A stretch of 63,871 nucleotides of DNA, filler included, from Octopus bimaculoides (lineage: Eukaryota), in the NCBI RefSeq assembly GCF_001194135.2. It is 7 parts of 7 records of this genome, joined end to end, with 100 filler letters (N's around TTAATTAATTAA, not from the genome) between each part and the next. Parts side by side here need not be neighbours in the genome. Positions count along the whole stretch, not along the records: positions 59,575 to 63,871 come from NW_026304388.1; 6 more parts are not named here. The stretch is one strand, 5' to 3'. The notes beneath the pieces were generated by a model. It saw only the letters and a program-made list of their open reading frames with translations. It ran no database searches and had not been told where the DNA came from. The position numbers and the translations under genes were made by a program. Shown one piece after another: positions 61,380 through 63,871 of the stretch; the first letter of the stretch is position 1, and the number at the start of each line of letters is the position of its first letter.

Positions 61380-62400
61380 GTTGCATCTTGCAACCTTTCC
61401 AATAGTTTTGACTCTGTCCATTATTCACACTGCGTTCTCTTTGTTTGTTTGTGTGCATGTGTGTGTGTATACACATGCACGTATGTATGTATGAGTGTGA
61501 ATTTGTATGTATTCTGCATATTCATGCGTTTGCATGTCTGTGTTTGTGTGTTTTTATATGTGTGTGTGAGTGTGTGTGTGTGTGTGTGTGTACCTCTGTC
61601 TCCTTGTGTATGCATGTCTGAGTGTTTGTATGTGTGTGTGTGTGTTTTGCAACTATGTATCATGTTTGTATGTATGGATGTGTATTTCCATATGTGTGGA
61701 CATCTGTTTCTATATGTGTCCTTGTGTGAAGTAAAGTGTGTGTGTATATATGGTCATGTGTTTCAGTCTCCATTTGTGTAAGTGTATGTATGTGTGCTTG
61801 TCTGTTCATATAACGTATGTACCTATCCGTCTGTATGTTGATCTGTTTACTTTTATATCCATATGCTTACATACATGTGCATATACATATATATGCATAC
61901 ACCCACATACACATACATACATACATACATCTATCTACATAACAGCCCACTAACTATTCTACTCTACCTGTGTAAACTGTGGGTATGATATCAACTATGT
62001 ATATTTCCTGTTTAGTATTGGGAAAGTTTCATTTATGAGGACGTACCCCTGTATTTGTCTGAGTATTGGGTCCTTTAAGTGCTTGGATAAGATGCGGATG
62101 TCAAGTTGACCCAGGTTGCCTCCATGTTGGTCCTTGACAAGCACACATACGTACACATACACAAATGAAGACTGAAACACAATGCCATATATATATACAC
62201 ACACTTTACTTCACACAAGGACACATATGGAGACGCACGTCCACACATATGGAGATACACATCCATACATACAAACACGGTACATTGTTGCAAAACACAC
62301 ACACACACACACACACACACTCAGACATACACACACAAGGGGACAGAAGTACACACACATGCAAACGCACACATTCACACACACACATACATACATACAT

Positions 62401-62435
<35 letters not shown>

Positions 62436-62571
62436 TGCATACACACACATACATACATGCATGTGTATGCACACACATAATAACCCACACACATGCACAC
62501 AAGCAAACAAAAAGAACACAGTATGAATAACGGACAGAGTCAAAACTATTGGAAATGTTGTAAGATGCAAC
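61380..62571. repeat. Large inverted duplication: arms 61380-61802 and 62136-62571 around a ~330-bp spacer
   Basis: Unique anchors GTTGCATCTT..TTTCCAATAGTTTTGACTCTGTCC and GTCCTTGTGTGAAGTAAAGTGTG are mirrored; (TG)n-rich interior. Confidence 0.88.
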
Positions 62572-63871
62572 AACAACTTTAGAAAAATATAAAAAAGAAA
62601 TGTGGAAATTTTACTGGTGAGTGTGTTAAATTATAAGGCACTAGATTATAAGGCACTAGATATAGATATAGATATTTGCGTATTTAAATATCTACCAAAT
62701 GTTTTGGTAAAATAAGTATTGTAACTGTTACCAAAGTAGCAAAATTCTCACTTGAAAAGTTGTTTATACTTGGTTTAGATATAATGACTTTCGTATAGGT
62801 GATACAATTTTGGGTGCATAACAATTGAAATAAGAACCATGACACAATCCTATATATTAATAAAACTTGTTTATTATCCTATGTCCATTTTGATGCAAGA
62901 TCCCGACATACTCTTGTCTGAGATAAGAAATTAGGGCCTTCCATCTCTTCTGGGCCAAGTTACATTAATTCACAACAGACAACATTATTATTTGTATATA
63001 AATTACATGTATATAGAGAAGTTCTAATCAGGCTGTTTCAACATGAACATATTGAAACTGCTTGCAATATCGGTTAAGAAAGCCGTTATATAGTAGAGTA
63101 ACTAAGTACAATTGTTAACCTAGTATATTAAGTGACGACTTGCTTAGGGTGCTGTTTCATCAAATAAGAAAACCGTTAGAGGTTTGAGAAGAAAATAAAG
63201 GAGAAGAAAAATTACCTATAACAGATCTTGCAGAAAAACAAATCAATGGTCAAAGGGAGGTAAGTCTAGCAAAATAAGGCTTTTGATCTACATAATTTAC
63301 ATCATTGTGATTAACCCTATCAAATAATTATATTTATTTTTGTTATTCTTTTTAAGTTTTAAATGATTTTGAGAAATAATTTAAGGATATGTAATCAAGA
63401 TAAAAAAAAGTAGGTAACATTCAGATTGAAACTATACAAAATTTAAATATACATTACATTAACTTAGTAGAGGAATTATGAATACAATATTAATGAAGGC
63501 AAACAGTAAACAAGTATGGCAATGCCATCGATACAAAAATACATAGAACTATAAAGGATAAATCAAGTAACTAAGATAAAAAATTATATATAAACATAAA
63601 TATGAAAAAGGGTATATGAAAATAAAATTTATTCCATGTTAAATTAATATAAATGTACGGATTTAACTAACCCTTCCAAGGTAAATTTCTAACTAAAGTA
63701 TGTAAATGTATACTTCATCACATGGTTACATCTGTATGCTCTATATGTAATTTGGTTAACCAGGTTACCTTTGGAGAAAGGTATGAAATACAATTCTAAA
63801 TTACAGAGAGAGCAAAATTCTTTGCCCTTGTCGTATGGGAATGATTTTCCTAGAATTGACCATTTATATAT

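Noticed and set aside
63187-63258. Strong GTAAGT donor at about 63259 preceded by ENKGEEKLPITDLAEKQINGQRE
   Set aside because: No convincing acceptor (in-frame TGA just upstream, GAG only), no partner exons, and no XK similarity.

Overview
Eukaryotic, AT-rich, gap-ridden scaffold. Its repeat content (several tRNA-derived SINE families, RTE and R4/Dong LINEs, Tc1/mariner, Penelope, dense microsatellites) most resembles an octopus genome; that taxonomic call is inference. Two plus-strand host loci can be rebuilt by hand from splice sites and intron phases, and the ORF track misses most of their exons. (1) 359-21757 is a modular, internally duplicated gene, or a tandem pair. It has PLAT/LH2-like beta-sandwich domains, short phase-1 linker exons, one transmembrane exon and a short tail. 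Its duplicated 120-nt exons differ at 17 of 39 codons, all amino-acid changing. (2) 28203-42250 holds two tandem XK-related (phospholipid-scramblase family) genes. Copy A shows only exons 2+3 and copy B only exons 1+2. Copy A ends in a PDZ-type ETNV motif, and a 430-nt self-complementary AGCT-rich pentamer repeat starts at its stop codon. The rest is mostly mobile-element debris: a near-complete decayed RTE LINE with a PHD-like finger, a DD36E Tc1-like transposase, and at least six fold-back elements. All domain and family calls are by eye, without HMM or BLAST. Repeat boundaries are approximate.
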